Source of the DNA: Planctomycetia bacterium
GTDB taxonomy: Bacteria > Planctomycetota > Planctomycetia > Pirellulales > UBA1268
Reading direction: 5' to 3'
DNA length: 43,985 nucleotides
Assembly: GCA_009922585.1 (NCBI GenBank)
Contig: RFVE01000002.1
Span: forward strand, 1 to 43,985
Shown here: piece after piece, positions 1-8,305 of the stretch
Layout: each line of letters opens with the position of its first letter
How positions within the stretch are numbered: the first letter of the stretch is position 1
Program-made: the position numbers and the translations under genes
Notes under the pieces: generated by a model
The model's input: only the letters and a program-made list of their open reading frames with translations
What the model was told of the DNA's origin: nothing
The model's database searches: none

Positions 1-600
1 GTAGCAGCAGGTCTTCACTCGCTGCTCGGGAACCATCTTGCAGACCTGGTAGGTCCGCACCCGCTGCTCGGGAACCATCTTGCAGACCTGATAGCAGCAG
101 GTCTTCACCCGCTGCTCGGGAACCATCTTGCAGACCTGATAGGTTCGCACTCGTTGCTCAGGAACCATCTTGCAGACCTTGTAGCAGCAGGTCTTCACTC
201 GCTGCTCGGGAACCATCTTGCAGACCTGGTAGGTCCGCACTCGCTGCTCGGGAACCATCTTGCAGACCTTGTAGCAGCAGGTCCGCACCCGCTGCTCGGG
301 CACCATCTTGCAGACCTGATAGGTCCGCACCCGCTGCTCGGGAACCATCTTGCAGACCTTGTAGCAGCAGGTCTTCACCCGCTGCTCGGGCACCATCCGG
401 CAGACCTGATAGGTCCGCACCCGCTGCTCAGGAACCATCTTGCAGACCTTGTAGCAGCAGGTCCGCACCCGCTGCTCGGGCACCATCTTGCAGACCTTAT
501 AGGTTCGCACTCGCTGCTCGGGAACCATCTTGCAGGTTCGGTAGCAGCAGGTCTTGACCCGCTGCTCACGGACCATCTTGCAAACCTTATAGCACTGCTG
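1..600. repeat. Tandem 90-bp DNA repeat (48-nt + 42-nt subunits), 6 full copies plus a diverged partial copy, inside the YTV repeat gene
   Basis: Units occupy 1-90, 91-180, 181-270, 271-360, 361-450 and 451-540, with a diverging copy from 541. The consensus is gtagcagcaggtcttcacccgctgctcgggaaccatcttgcagacctg + gtaggtccgcacccgctgctcgggaaccatcttgcagacctg. Only a few substitutions separate the copies. More diverged 42-48-nt units continue to about 1320. Confidence 0.95.
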
Positions 601-1041
601 CTCAACAACGGTCTCGCGCTCATAGCGAACGCACTTGACCTCTTTCTCGCAGACCTCCGGCACCCAGACCTTCTTGCAGATGGTGCGGGAGGGGCACTGC
701 ACCTGAACCTTTTTCACCGGGCCAGGGCGGTAGCAGCGGCGGCCCGAGCAATCGGTCTCCCAGCACCCCGGCTCACGGACACACTTGGTGACAACCGGCC
801 CGGGAATCTCACACGTCTCGGTCTCCCAGCGGCCGCTGCAGACCTTGACGGTCTTGGTGAAGTGCACCGGCTTGCAGACCGTTCGGCAGATATCGCGCGT
901 CCGGGTCTCCCAGACCGGCTTGCAGACGGTATAAGGAATTTCCTTCGTGCAAGTCTCATAGACCGGCTTGCAGACCGTGTAGCATTCTTCGCGTGTCTCG
1001 TAGACAGGCTTGCAGACCGTGTACGGAATCTCCTTCGTCCG
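1..1041 (-). CDS. YTV-type cysteine-rich repeat protein, repeat body (partial; continues beyond the window start; one frame off from segment 956..1579)
   Basis: Absent from the ORF track because it has no stop inside the window. Hand translation of the minus-strand frame whose codons start at positions divisible by 3 found no stop from 1041 to about 350: RTKEIPYTVCKPVYETREECYTVCKPVYETCTKEIPYTVCKPVWETRTRDICRTVCKPVHFTKTVKVC..., then at least 6 copies of YKVCKMVPEQRVKTCC + YQVCKMVPEQRVRT. Positions 1-350 were not translated codon by codon; the frame is inferred from the continuing 90-nt repeat, which is a multiple of 3. The repeat type matches the upstream segment. Confidence 0.7.
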
Positions 1042-1579
1042 AGACCGTGTACGGAATCTCCTTCGTCCGTGTCTCGTACACAGGCTTGCAGACCGTATAG
1101 CACTGCTCGCGGGTCTCATACACAGGCTTGCAGACTGTGTACGGAATCTCCTTCGTCCGCGTCTCGTACACAGGCTTGCAGACCGTGTAGGGAATGCTTC
1201 TGCTGCGGGTCTCCCAGACCGGCTTGCAAATCGTGTACTCGACCTCGCGGAAACACTGCTCTTTTTCGTAACGGACGCAGTCGATTTCCTTCTGCTCGAC
1301 CACCCTCTCGCAGACCGTCTTGTAGCAGGTGTATTGCTTCTGCTCGTACACGACATCCTTGACCATTCGTGTATCACAGCATGCCGCAGCAGCACATGAT
1401 GGTTCGGCGCGTTCGCAGCTGGAACACGCCTTTCGGGCCCGGGCAAAACTGACCGTGGTTAGCTTTGTCGCCCCATGTTGATAGCTGGCCAAGCCGCAAT
1501 AGGCAGCATCAGCCGATCGGCTCACTGCCACCACTGCAGCCACTATCAGCAGGCCGCTCACCCAAACTCTGTTCATCAT
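956..1579 (-). CDS. YTV-type cysteine-rich repeat protein, N-terminal segment with Sec signal peptide (ends prematurely after a frameshift near 1041)
   Basis: ATG at 1579. The signal-like N-terminus is MMNRVWVSGLLIVAAVVAVSRSADA. It is followed by repeats of YTVCKPVYETRTKEIP / YTICKPVWETRSRSIP. After ...KEIPYTV the translation turns into non-repeat text (SDEGDSVHGLQACL...) and stops at 956. Confidence 0.75.
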   Translation of the reverse strand: MMNRVWVSGLLIVAAVVAVSRSADAAYCGLASYQHGATKLTTVSFARARKACSSCERAEPSCAAAACCDTRMVKDVVYEQKQYTCYKTVCERVVEQKEIDCVRYEKEQCFREVEYTICKPVWETRSRSIPYTVCKPVYETRTKEIPYTVCKPVYETREQCYTVCKPVYETRTKEIPYTVSDEGDSVHGLQACLRDTRRMLHGLQAGL

Positions 1580-1856
1580 GCTCTCCCGAAATGCTCACCT
1601 GGAGGAAGGACTGACTGTGCCCTTGGGAACACAAAGCCGACCGACAGACCGCTCATCAGCGACAGCCTGTCACCCTGCTTTCAAACATCGCCCACAAACT
1701 CTTCCCAGGATGATCGCTTTCTGTAATCGTGCGATTTTTTCTAGGGCCCCAGCGGCCTTACAATCGTCAGAACCGGTTCGCAGCAGAGCCGGTTTGCGGA
1801 CGCTGCAGCGCGGATAGTAGATTAAAAAGGTTCGACACGGGTCTGGTGGATGATTC

Positions 1857-2594
1857 ATGGCGTCCGACGAATCACAACTACAGTCTGGAGAGTTGCCCTC
1901 CGACGCCAGCGTTCCGAAGGTCGTTGTCAGCCGGATCAGCCTCTACTTGCGAGAACTCCAGCGGCTGGAAGCGGCAGGCCGATCGACGGTCTCTTCGGGA
2001 CAGCTCGGAACCTTGCTTGGTTTCAGTGATGCCCAAGTGAGGAAAGACCTCGGATTCTTTGGCCAGTTCGGCTACCCCGGCGTCGGCTACCGCTGCGAGG
2101 AGCTGATTCGGGCCATGCGGGACATCCTCGGTACCAATCAGGCCTGGCCCGTGGTCATGGTCGGCGTCGGCAACCTCGGTCAGGCCCTGCTCGGCTACCG
2201 GGGGTTCGGACGGCAAAATTTCTCGATCGAGGCTGCCTTCGATGCGGACCCCGCCAAGGTTGGGGTGATTGTGCAGGGCATTCACATCCAGCCGCTCAGC
2301 GAACTGCCCGCGACAGTCGCTGAAAAAGGAATCAGGCTGGGCATGATCGTAGTTCCGGCCAATCGGGCCCAGGAAGCAGCAAATGGGCTTGTGGCAGCGG
2401 GAGTCGAGGGAATCGTCAACTTTGCGCCAGTGACACTCACACTGCCGGTCGGTGTGCAGCAGGTGGCTGTCGATCTGGCAATCGAACTCGAACAGCTCTC
2501 GTTTGCAGTAACCAGCCGGCTTAGCAAAATAGTATCTGCAGGCGGTGAGCCAGCCGGCGATATCTCGGGAATCGTCGTGCCCCCTGCAGACTGA
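1857..2594 (+). CDS. rex: Redox-sensing transcriptional repressor Rex
   Basis: N-terminal winged-helix text VSRISLYLRELQRL...GQLGTLLGFSDAQVRKDLGFFGQFGYPGVGY and the Rossmann motif VVMVGVGNLGQALLGY are both typical of Rex. Confidence 0.9.
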   Translation: MASDESQLQSGELPSDASVPKVVVSRISLYLRELQRLEAAGRSTVSSGQLGTLLGFSDAQVRKDLGFFGQFGYPGVGYRCEELIRAMRDILGTNQAWPVVMVGVGNLGQALLGYRGFGRQNFSIEAAFDADPAKVGVIVQGIHIQPLSELPATVAEKGIRLGMIVVPANRAQEAANGLVAAGVEGIVNFAPVTLTLPVGVQQVAVDLAIELEQLSFAVTSRLSKIVSAGGEPAGDISGIVVPPAD

Positions 2595-2601
2595 AGCCGG
2601 C

Positions 2602-5600
2602 ATGGATCAGACCTCTGGATCGACCGAACCGTCACTCAGCTTCGGCGGCCTATCAGAATTTCTGGGTGACCCTGACGCCCTGGTAAACGACGCCTGCCAG
2701 CTGGGCACCCGACTTGGTGACGTCACCCTTCTCAAACTCATTGGAGAGGGCGGCATGGGCCGAGTTTTTCAGGGCAGGCAGGACCGTCCAGATCGAATCG
2801 TCGCCGTCAAGGTGATTCGGCCAGGGCTGCTGTCCAGGGCGGCTGCCAAACGCTTCGAATTGGAAGCCCAGATTCTGGGTCGACTGTCACACCCGGCAAT
2901 CGCCCAGATCTATTCAGCAGGCATTGAGCAGGTCGGCGGCCAGCTCGTGCCCTACTTCGTCATGGAATACGTGGAGGAGGGCATCGCCATCACCCGCTTT
3001 GCCCAACGGCAGGAGCTCTCGACCAAAGATCGAGTTGAGTTGATCCAGAAAGCGGTTGCGGCTGTCGCCCATGGTCACCAACGGGGTGTTGTTCATCGCG
3101 ACCTCAAGCCTGGCAACATCCTTGTTGCCGCCGACGGCCAGCCCAAGATCATCGATTTTGGTGTCGCCCGGGGTACCGATGGCGATGTCGCTCTGACGAC
3201 ATTCCACACTGATGCCGGACAGCTAGTTGGCACGCTGCAGTACATGAGCCCAGAGCAGCTCGCGGGCAATGCTGATGACCTCGACATTCGAGCCGATGTT
3301 TACTCGCTGGGAGTCGTGCTCTACGAACTGCTCGCTGGTCGCCCCCCGTACGACGTCCGCAACCGGCCAATCCATGAAGCCGCTCGAATTGTGACTGAAG
3401 CCGAACCGGCCCAGCTCTCGTCGGTCAGCCCACGGTTCCGCGGCGACTTGACCACGATTGTGACCAAATGCCTCGACAAGGACCGGAACTGCCGATATTC
3501 GAGCGCGGCCGAAGTCGAGGCCGACTTGGGTCGCTACCTGCGGGGTGAGCCGATTCTTGCCAGTCCGCCCAGCTTGGCCGATTCCCTGCGACGGATTTTT
3601 CGTCGGCATCGGACCGTGGCGATTGCCACCCTGGGGATTGTGGGAGCGCTCATCCTCGGCACGGTCGGCACCACAATCTATGCGGTTCGCGCAGAGCGGC
3701 AGCGGCAGGCAGCCGTCGCCTCCCAGAGCAGAGCAGACACGGCAGCGGCACTTGCCACCCGGCGGCTCTACATTGCGAATCTGCGGGCGCTGCAGGCAGC
3801 GATTACCACGAAGAATCTCCGACAAGCACGGCGGGTTTTTCAGGAAAACGCAGAACTTGCAGGATCGCCGCTGCCACTTGAGCTTAGTTGCCTGTTGCCA
3901 GCGCTCGATGAAGCGCTTGTCGTCTTGACGCCAGGGAGCGGTCCCGTCACCGCCTTGGACTGGAACGATACTGGGACCCAGCTTGCTGTTCGCACAATCG
4001 ATCCCGTCACCTCCCAGACGACATCGCAGCCATTATTGACGCGACGACTGCTCGAACTACCGCCGACAATCAACAACAGTATTCGCGGGAACTTCCACCT
4101 CTATGATGTTACTCCGAAGCCACGGCGTTCCGACGCCTCGATGACTGCTGATTGGCTGCGGTCTTGGCGGGCCGAACAGGGCGATTTTACAGCCCTAGCA
4201 GCATTGACTTCAGCTGGCTTGCCGGTTGCGTCGTGCCAGGACGGCCAACGAATGGCGGTGCAGGCAGCCGATGGGAGGATCCAGATTCTCTCGCAACCGA
4301 GTGGCGAACTGCTGACCAGCCTGTCGAAACCACCAGGCCGGATTCGTGGCATTCGCTTCGTGGACGGTCAGCGCCGACTGCTGATCGAATCAGCCAACCG
4401 GCTCATGCTTTGGGACGCAGCCACCGGAGTGAAACTCTTTGAGACCGACATGGATGATACCGTCCGACGGTACACGATTAGCCAGACAGGGTCTCATTTG
4501 GCGATTGCCCTCTACCAGCATGTATCAACTGGCCGAGCAGACCGAGTCGAAGTGATTGCCACAAAAAATGGAAACCGACTGATGGTGGCCAGCCTGCGGG
4601 CCAGCGGCACCAATTCTGAGACGGTGCTGGCTCTCGATCCCAGCGGTGAGCAACTCTATGCCTGCTCCGATGAACGGACGATTCATGCCTGGGAAACCTC
4701 CTCGGGTCGGCTTATTGGTGATCTCAGCGGGCACCAGGCGAATGTTTCGGCCCTTGCTGCTACGGCTACTGGCCAGCTTGCCAGTGGTGCTACCAACGGG
4801 CATCTTCGGCTCTGGGACGTGCCGCAGCAGCACTGCCTGCGTGACTGGATCGGCCATCCTGACGCCATTCTCACGCTTGCCTTCGACCCAGCCGACAACA
4901 CCATTGCCAGCGGCGGTTACGACGGCACGGTTCGGCTCTGGAAGCCAGATCTGCCGGCAAAGTTGGCGTTTATTCCCACGGCCCTACCGCCAACGGCAAC
5001 CAGCCTCAGCCCCAGTGGCAACCTGCTGGCTATCGGAACCACTGACCGGATCGAACTCTGGGATTCCCGGGCCGCCATTCTGATCAAGTCATTGCCAACT
5101 GCTTTTGGGAGCCTCACGATGCTGGCCTTCAGCCCTACCGGCGACCAGCTGGCAGCGAGCTTTCGGACCCCAGCCAAAACGGGCCAGACTGCCATCTGGA
5201 GCCTGAACGCTCAATCTGCACCACTGTTACTGAGTGACAACGCCGTCACAACTGGTGAGCACTGGACAGTCTGCTTCAGCCCTGACGGAAAGACCGTACT
5301 GACCTCGACAGGGAAAAGCCTGACCGCTTGGGACGTGGCTGACGGGAAAGAAAATTTTCAGGTGCGGGAACACTCTGTGTCACGAATGGCCCAGGTCTCG
5401 CCCGTCTTCGGCCTGGCCGGGAAGCGGCTGGCCTACCAACGGGCAGCACTGTTTGACGGCAGCACCGGTCAGCCGATGGCCGAACTTGCCCCACATGGGT
5501 TGGTCACCGCCAATGCTGTCAGCCCAAATGGTCGGATGCTGGCGAGAGGATTGGCCGTGGGGAAGATTCTCATCTGCAACTTCGAAACCGGCGCGACGAT

Positions 5601-6093
5601 CACAGCAACTACTGCTCATGCCGGTTCGGTACTCACGCTTGCCATCAGCCCTGATAACCGCCTCGTGGCCAGCGGCGGCACCGACGGCACTGCGCAAATC
5701 TGGGACATCGAAGCGAATCGCGAAGTTCGACGGTTTCATGGTCACGAGGGTCAGGTGGAAAAGGTGCTGTTCTCACCCGACGGTCGGCGGCTCATCACGG
5801 CCAGCCACGACGGCACTGTCCGCATTTGGGATACCAGTGATGGTCAGGAGTTGCTCACCCTGCCCGGCAGTGCAGCCAACCCAGCCACCGTCCTGCTCAC
5901 ACCCAATGGTGAGCGGTTGGTGACCGTCATCGGAACGGAGACCGACCACCCGGGCCTGCAAATCTGGGGGCTTTCCAATGCCGAAGCCTTCAAGGCCCGT
6001 CAGGCAAGGCCAAAGCTGGCGGGCGAATCCGACGATAAGGCTCCTCCAGTGTCGTCAGAAACGCCGCCAGATCGGCCAATTCCTGCCGGCTGA
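2602..6093 (+). CDS. Membrane Ser/Thr protein kinase with a large C-terminal WD40 repeat region
   Basis: Kinase motifs: LIGEGGMGRVF, AVKV, HRDLKPGNILV, DFGVARG, GTLQYMSPEQ. One TM helix (VAIATLGIVGALILGTVGTTIYAV) is followed by repeated WD-like blocks (GHLRLWDV, GTVRLWKP, GTAQIWDI, GTVRIWDT). The track ORF starts at 2545 and overlaps rex. The ATG at 2602, 8 nt after the rex stop, is my preferred start. Confidence 0.9.
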   Translation: MDQTSGSTEPSLSFGGLSEFLGDPDALVNDACQLGTRLGDVTLLKLIGEGGMGRVFQGRQDRPDRIVAVKVIRPGLLSRAAAKRFELEAQILGRLSHPAIAQIYSAGIEQVGGQLVPYFVMEYVEEGIAITRFAQRQELSTKDRVELIQKAVAAVAHGHQRGVVHRDLKPGNILVAADGQPKIIDFGVARGTDGDVALTTFHTDAGQLVGTLQYMSPEQLAGNADDLDIRADVYSLGVVLYELLAGRPPYDVRNRPIHEAARIVTEAEPAQLSSVSPRFRGDLTTIVTKCLDKDRNCRYSSAAEVEADLGRYLRGEPILASPPSLADSLRRIFRRHRTVAIATLGIVGALILGTVGTTIYAVRAERQRQAAVASQSRADTAAALATRRLYIANLRALQAAITTKNLRQARRVFQENAELAGSPLPLELSCLLPALDEALVVLTPGSGPVTALDWNDTGTQLAVRTIDPVTSQTTSQPLLTRRLLELPPTINNSIRGNFHLYDVTPKPRRSDASMTADWLRSWRAEQGDFTALAALTSAGLPVASCQDGQRMAVQAADGRIQILSQPSGELLTSLSKPPGRIRGIRFVDGQRRLLIESANRLMLWDAATGVKLFETDMDDTVRRYTISQTGSHLAIALYQHVSTGRADRVEVIATKNGNRLMVASLRASGTNSETVLALDPSGEQLYACSDERTIHAWETSSGRLIGDLSGHQANVSALAATATGQLASGATNGHLRLWDVPQQHCLRDWIGHPDAILTLAFDPADNTIASGGYDGTVRLWKPDLPAKLAFIPTALPPTATSLSPSGNLLAIGTTDRIELWDSRAAILIKSLPTAFGSLTMLAFSPTGDQLAASFRTPAKTGQTAIWSLNAQSAPLLLSDNAVTTGEHWTVCFSPDGKTVLTSTGKSLTAWDVADGKENFQVREHSVSRMAQVSPVFGLAGKRLAYQRAALFDGSTGQPMAELAPHGLVTANAVSPNGRMLARGLAVGKILICNFETGATITATTAHAGSVLTLAISPDNRLVASGGTDGTAQIWDIEANREVRRFHGHEGQVEKVLFSPDGRRLITASHDGTVRIWDTSDGQELLTLPGSAANPATVLLTPNGERLVTVIGTETDHPGLQIWGLSNAEAFKARQARPKLAGESDDKAPPVSSETPPDRPIPAG

Positions 6094-7270
6094 GTCCGAG
6101 CGGCTTCAGGTGTGGTGACTTTGTCGGAAACAGCGGGTCGTTCTGCTGGTATGCCTGCCGCTTCAGGGTCGGCATTCCGGCGTTGTACATGTTGAGCACG
6201 CCGGAAAGCTTGAACAGGCCGTTGTGCATCAGTGGCTCAGTCTTGGTCACATCTCGCAGGGACGGTGTTCGGAACCGGCCCACATCTTCGGGCTTCCCGG
6301 TCACCCGGTAGCGGCCAAGGTCTTCCGTCCTGCGGCCATAGTAGCTGAGGCCAACGTCGTGGAAACGACCATCGGAAAAGAGCGGCCCATGGTGACAGTT
6401 GAGGCAGCGGGCCTTGCGGCGAAACAGATCGAGGCCCCGGATCTCTGCGTCGCTGAACAGGTCGTACTCGCCACCGACAAACCGATCGAACCGGCTGCCA
6501 CCGCCGACAACAGTGCGTTGAAAGCAGGCGACTGCCCGTACAACTCGGTCAAACGACACCTGAGAATCGGCAAAGGCCGCAGCGAACTGCTCGCGATAGC
6601 CGGGCACAGCGGCCACCGCCGCGACCAGCTGCTGCCGGGTGATGTGCATCTCTGCTGGATTGAGCAGCACCTGCTCAACCTGCTGTTCGATCGTGTCGGC
6701 CCTGCCGTCCCAGAACAGCGACTGCTGAAAGGTGATATTTCGAATTGTTGGCGCGTTTCGCTTCAGTGGCTCCCGGTGGTGGCCGAAGCTCACGGTCCGC
6801 CCGTCGGCCCAGGCGAGGTCAGGGTCGTGGCAGGAAGCGCAGGCAATCTCCCGACTACCGGAGAGCCGCGGGTCGAAGAAGAGTGCCTTGCCAAGTTCAG
6901 CCTTGGCCGGAGAGAAGGGATTGTCCTCCGGGTGCTGCACATCGGGCAGGGGGCCAAGTTCCTGCCACTGAATGCCGGCATCCACCTGCGGAGCTGGCCA
7001 GGCTTCTCGACCGCACTCGTAGCGTTGCCGGAAAAACTTCTCCCGATTTTCCGAAGAACTTTGAGCTGCTGTCTCCCCAGCTTTGGCGACTCCTGTTGAA
7101 TCCTCCAACCCACAACTGATCTGAGCCACTGCGACGAGGCAAGCAACCACCGCTTGCCTACCGGGAAATTGCGGTTGGCAAACGGTGGGGTCAGCCTGTT
7201 GAAAGGTGGTCAAAAATCGGAGGTTACTTCGCCACCCGCGAACGTACAGATGGCCGCCATCGTTTCGCAT
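5990..7270 (-). CDS. Di-haem cytochrome c peroxidase / MauG family protein
   Basis: Two CxxCH haem motifs (CASCHDPDLAWADGRTVSFGH and CLNCHHGPLFSDGRFHDVG) with family-typical surrounding text (FRTPSLRDV, PLMHNG). The start is uncertain. The 7270 start overlaps the upstream gene by 61 nt, and a GTG at 7150 would give MVACLVAVAQISCG.... Confidence 0.85.
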   Translation of the reverse strand: MRNDGGHLYVRGWRSNLRFLTTFQQADPTVCQPQFPGRQAVVACLVAVAQISCGLEDSTGVAKAGETAAQSSSENREKFFRQRYECGREAWPAPQVDAGIQWQELGPLPDVQHPEDNPFSPAKAELGKALFFDPRLSGSREIACASCHDPDLAWADGRTVSFGHHREPLKRNAPTIRNITFQQSLFWDGRADTIEQQVEQVLLNPAEMHITRQQLVAAVAAVPGYREQFAAAFADSQVSFDRVVRAVACFQRTVVGGGSRFDRFVGGEYDLFSDAEIRGLDLFRRKARCLNCHHGPLFSDGRFHDVGLSYYGRRTEDLGRYRVTGKPEDVGRFRTPSLRDVTKTEPLMHNGLFKLSGVLNMYNAGMPTLKRQAYQQNDPLFPTKSPHLKPLGLSRQELADLAAFLTTLEEPYRRIRPPALALPDGP

Positions 7271-8190
7271 GACGTCTCGTTCGTCAAAAAGGAAACCGAA
7301 CCATCGACAAACAGAAATCCGGCAGCACCTGGGTGAAATGAGTAGATACCACTCTTATTCGAGCCGTTTACCACCTGTGGTCCGGTTGGAAATTGATTTT
7401 TTTGGAGCGACTGGCTGGTGTCCAGTTGGAAGCCTTTGATGGTCTGATTGTTGGCCGTGGGCCACCCGCTGTTGTAGACGTATTCACCCGTCAATTCACC
7501 AGAACCGGTAATCACTTGATTGAAATACCAAACCTGCGGCCGACCGGCCATTTCGCCGACTGCCGCCGTTTTTGACAGTCCGTCCGTGATATTTCTATGA
7601 CGCAGTCCGGGTGCACCGGCAGAGCGAATCTGTACGGCGGTACCGAGAAAGCCTTTGAGCAATGCCATCGATGGACGAGGGTAAGAAATGTAGTTTGACC
7701 ACCAGGACGATGTTGCGGTGATGCCCGCAATTCCTCCGTAATCGGAGGCAGACGATCCCCATTTGGTCCCACTGGTTGGAAATCGCGGGTCGCTAAGGGG
7801 GCCTTCAGGGGTACTCGGACAACTTGCAAATGGCAGCGGAAACTGCACTGCTGTCTGATTCGCCGGATCGGAAAAAGACACGGTGTAGTCGTACAACTCG
7901 GCGATCGGATTCTCATCCATGTAGGGAAGAATCTGGGCCATCCAATAGTGTCTTGCTCCACCAGAGATATTAACCACTGTAGGAAAATGCGTTCTTGCCG
8001 ACTCGAAATTGTGAATGCCCAGCCCGATTTGCTTCAGATGGTTCTGGCAACTCGCCCGGCGGGCCGCCTCGCGGGCCTGCTGGACAGCCGGCAGGAGCAT
8101 GCCGACGAGGACGCCGATGATGGCGATCACCACGAGGAGTTCAATCAGGGTAAACGCTGATCGCAGGGCCGAACGGGTCCGTGCTAGCAT
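7210..8190 (-). CDS. DUF1559 (H-X9-DG) protein with prepilin-type N-terminal cleavage/methylation segment
   Basis: RSAFTLIELLVVIAIIGVLVGMLLPAVQQAREAARRASCQNHLKQIGLGIHNF is the classic N-terminus of this family. The C-terminal FHPGAAGFLFVDGSVSF gives H-X9-DG. The preferred start is the ATG at 8190 (MLARTRSALRSAFTLIELL), preceded by AGGAGAAGG. The track ORF extends to 8274. Confidence 0.9.
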   Translation of the reverse strand: MLARTRSALRSAFTLIELLVVIAIIGVLVGMLLPAVQQAREAARRASCQNHLKQIGLGIHNFESARTHFPTVVNISGGARHYWMAQILPYMDENPIAELYDYTVSFSDPANQTAVQFPLPFASCPSTPEGPLSDPRFPTSGTKWGSSASDYGGIAGITATSSWWSNYISYPRPSMALLKGFLGTAVQIRSAGAPGLRHRNITDGLSKTAAVGEMAGRPQVWYFNQVITGSGELTGEYVYNSGWPTANNQTIKGFQLDTSQSLQKNQFPTGPQVVNGSNKSGIYSFHPGAAGFLFVDGSVSFLTNETSCETMAAICTFAGGEVTSDF

Positions 8191-8305
8191 TGGTCCTTCT
8201 CCTGAAAGCAGGCGGGCGGAATTAACCACGCGTATCCGGAACGCAACGGCCGAATGAGTGGTGGCCCTCACCACGAGGGAAAATCTCTCACCTAATATTT
8301 CTACG

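Noticed and set aside
154-1362. 402-aa plus-strand ORF (MLRNHLADLVAAGLH...), the longest ORF listed at the left edge
   Set aside because: It is the antisense image of the minus-strand YTV repeats. It has a periodic low-complexity translation and no signal or motif, whereas the minus strand has a proper signal peptide and a recognisable Cys-repeat family. It stays open only because the repeat unit lacks stops in that frame.
1580-1856. Rex operator or intrinsic terminator in the YTV/rex divergent intergenic region (10-bp palindrome GAACCGGTTC at about 1771-1780; weak stem plus T6 at about 1713-1741)
   Set aside because: Neither matches the TTGTGAA-N4-TTCACAA Rex consensus. The stem before the T-run is only 5 bp with a 13-nt loop, and no upstream plus-strand gene needs terminating. 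The evidence is too weak to call.
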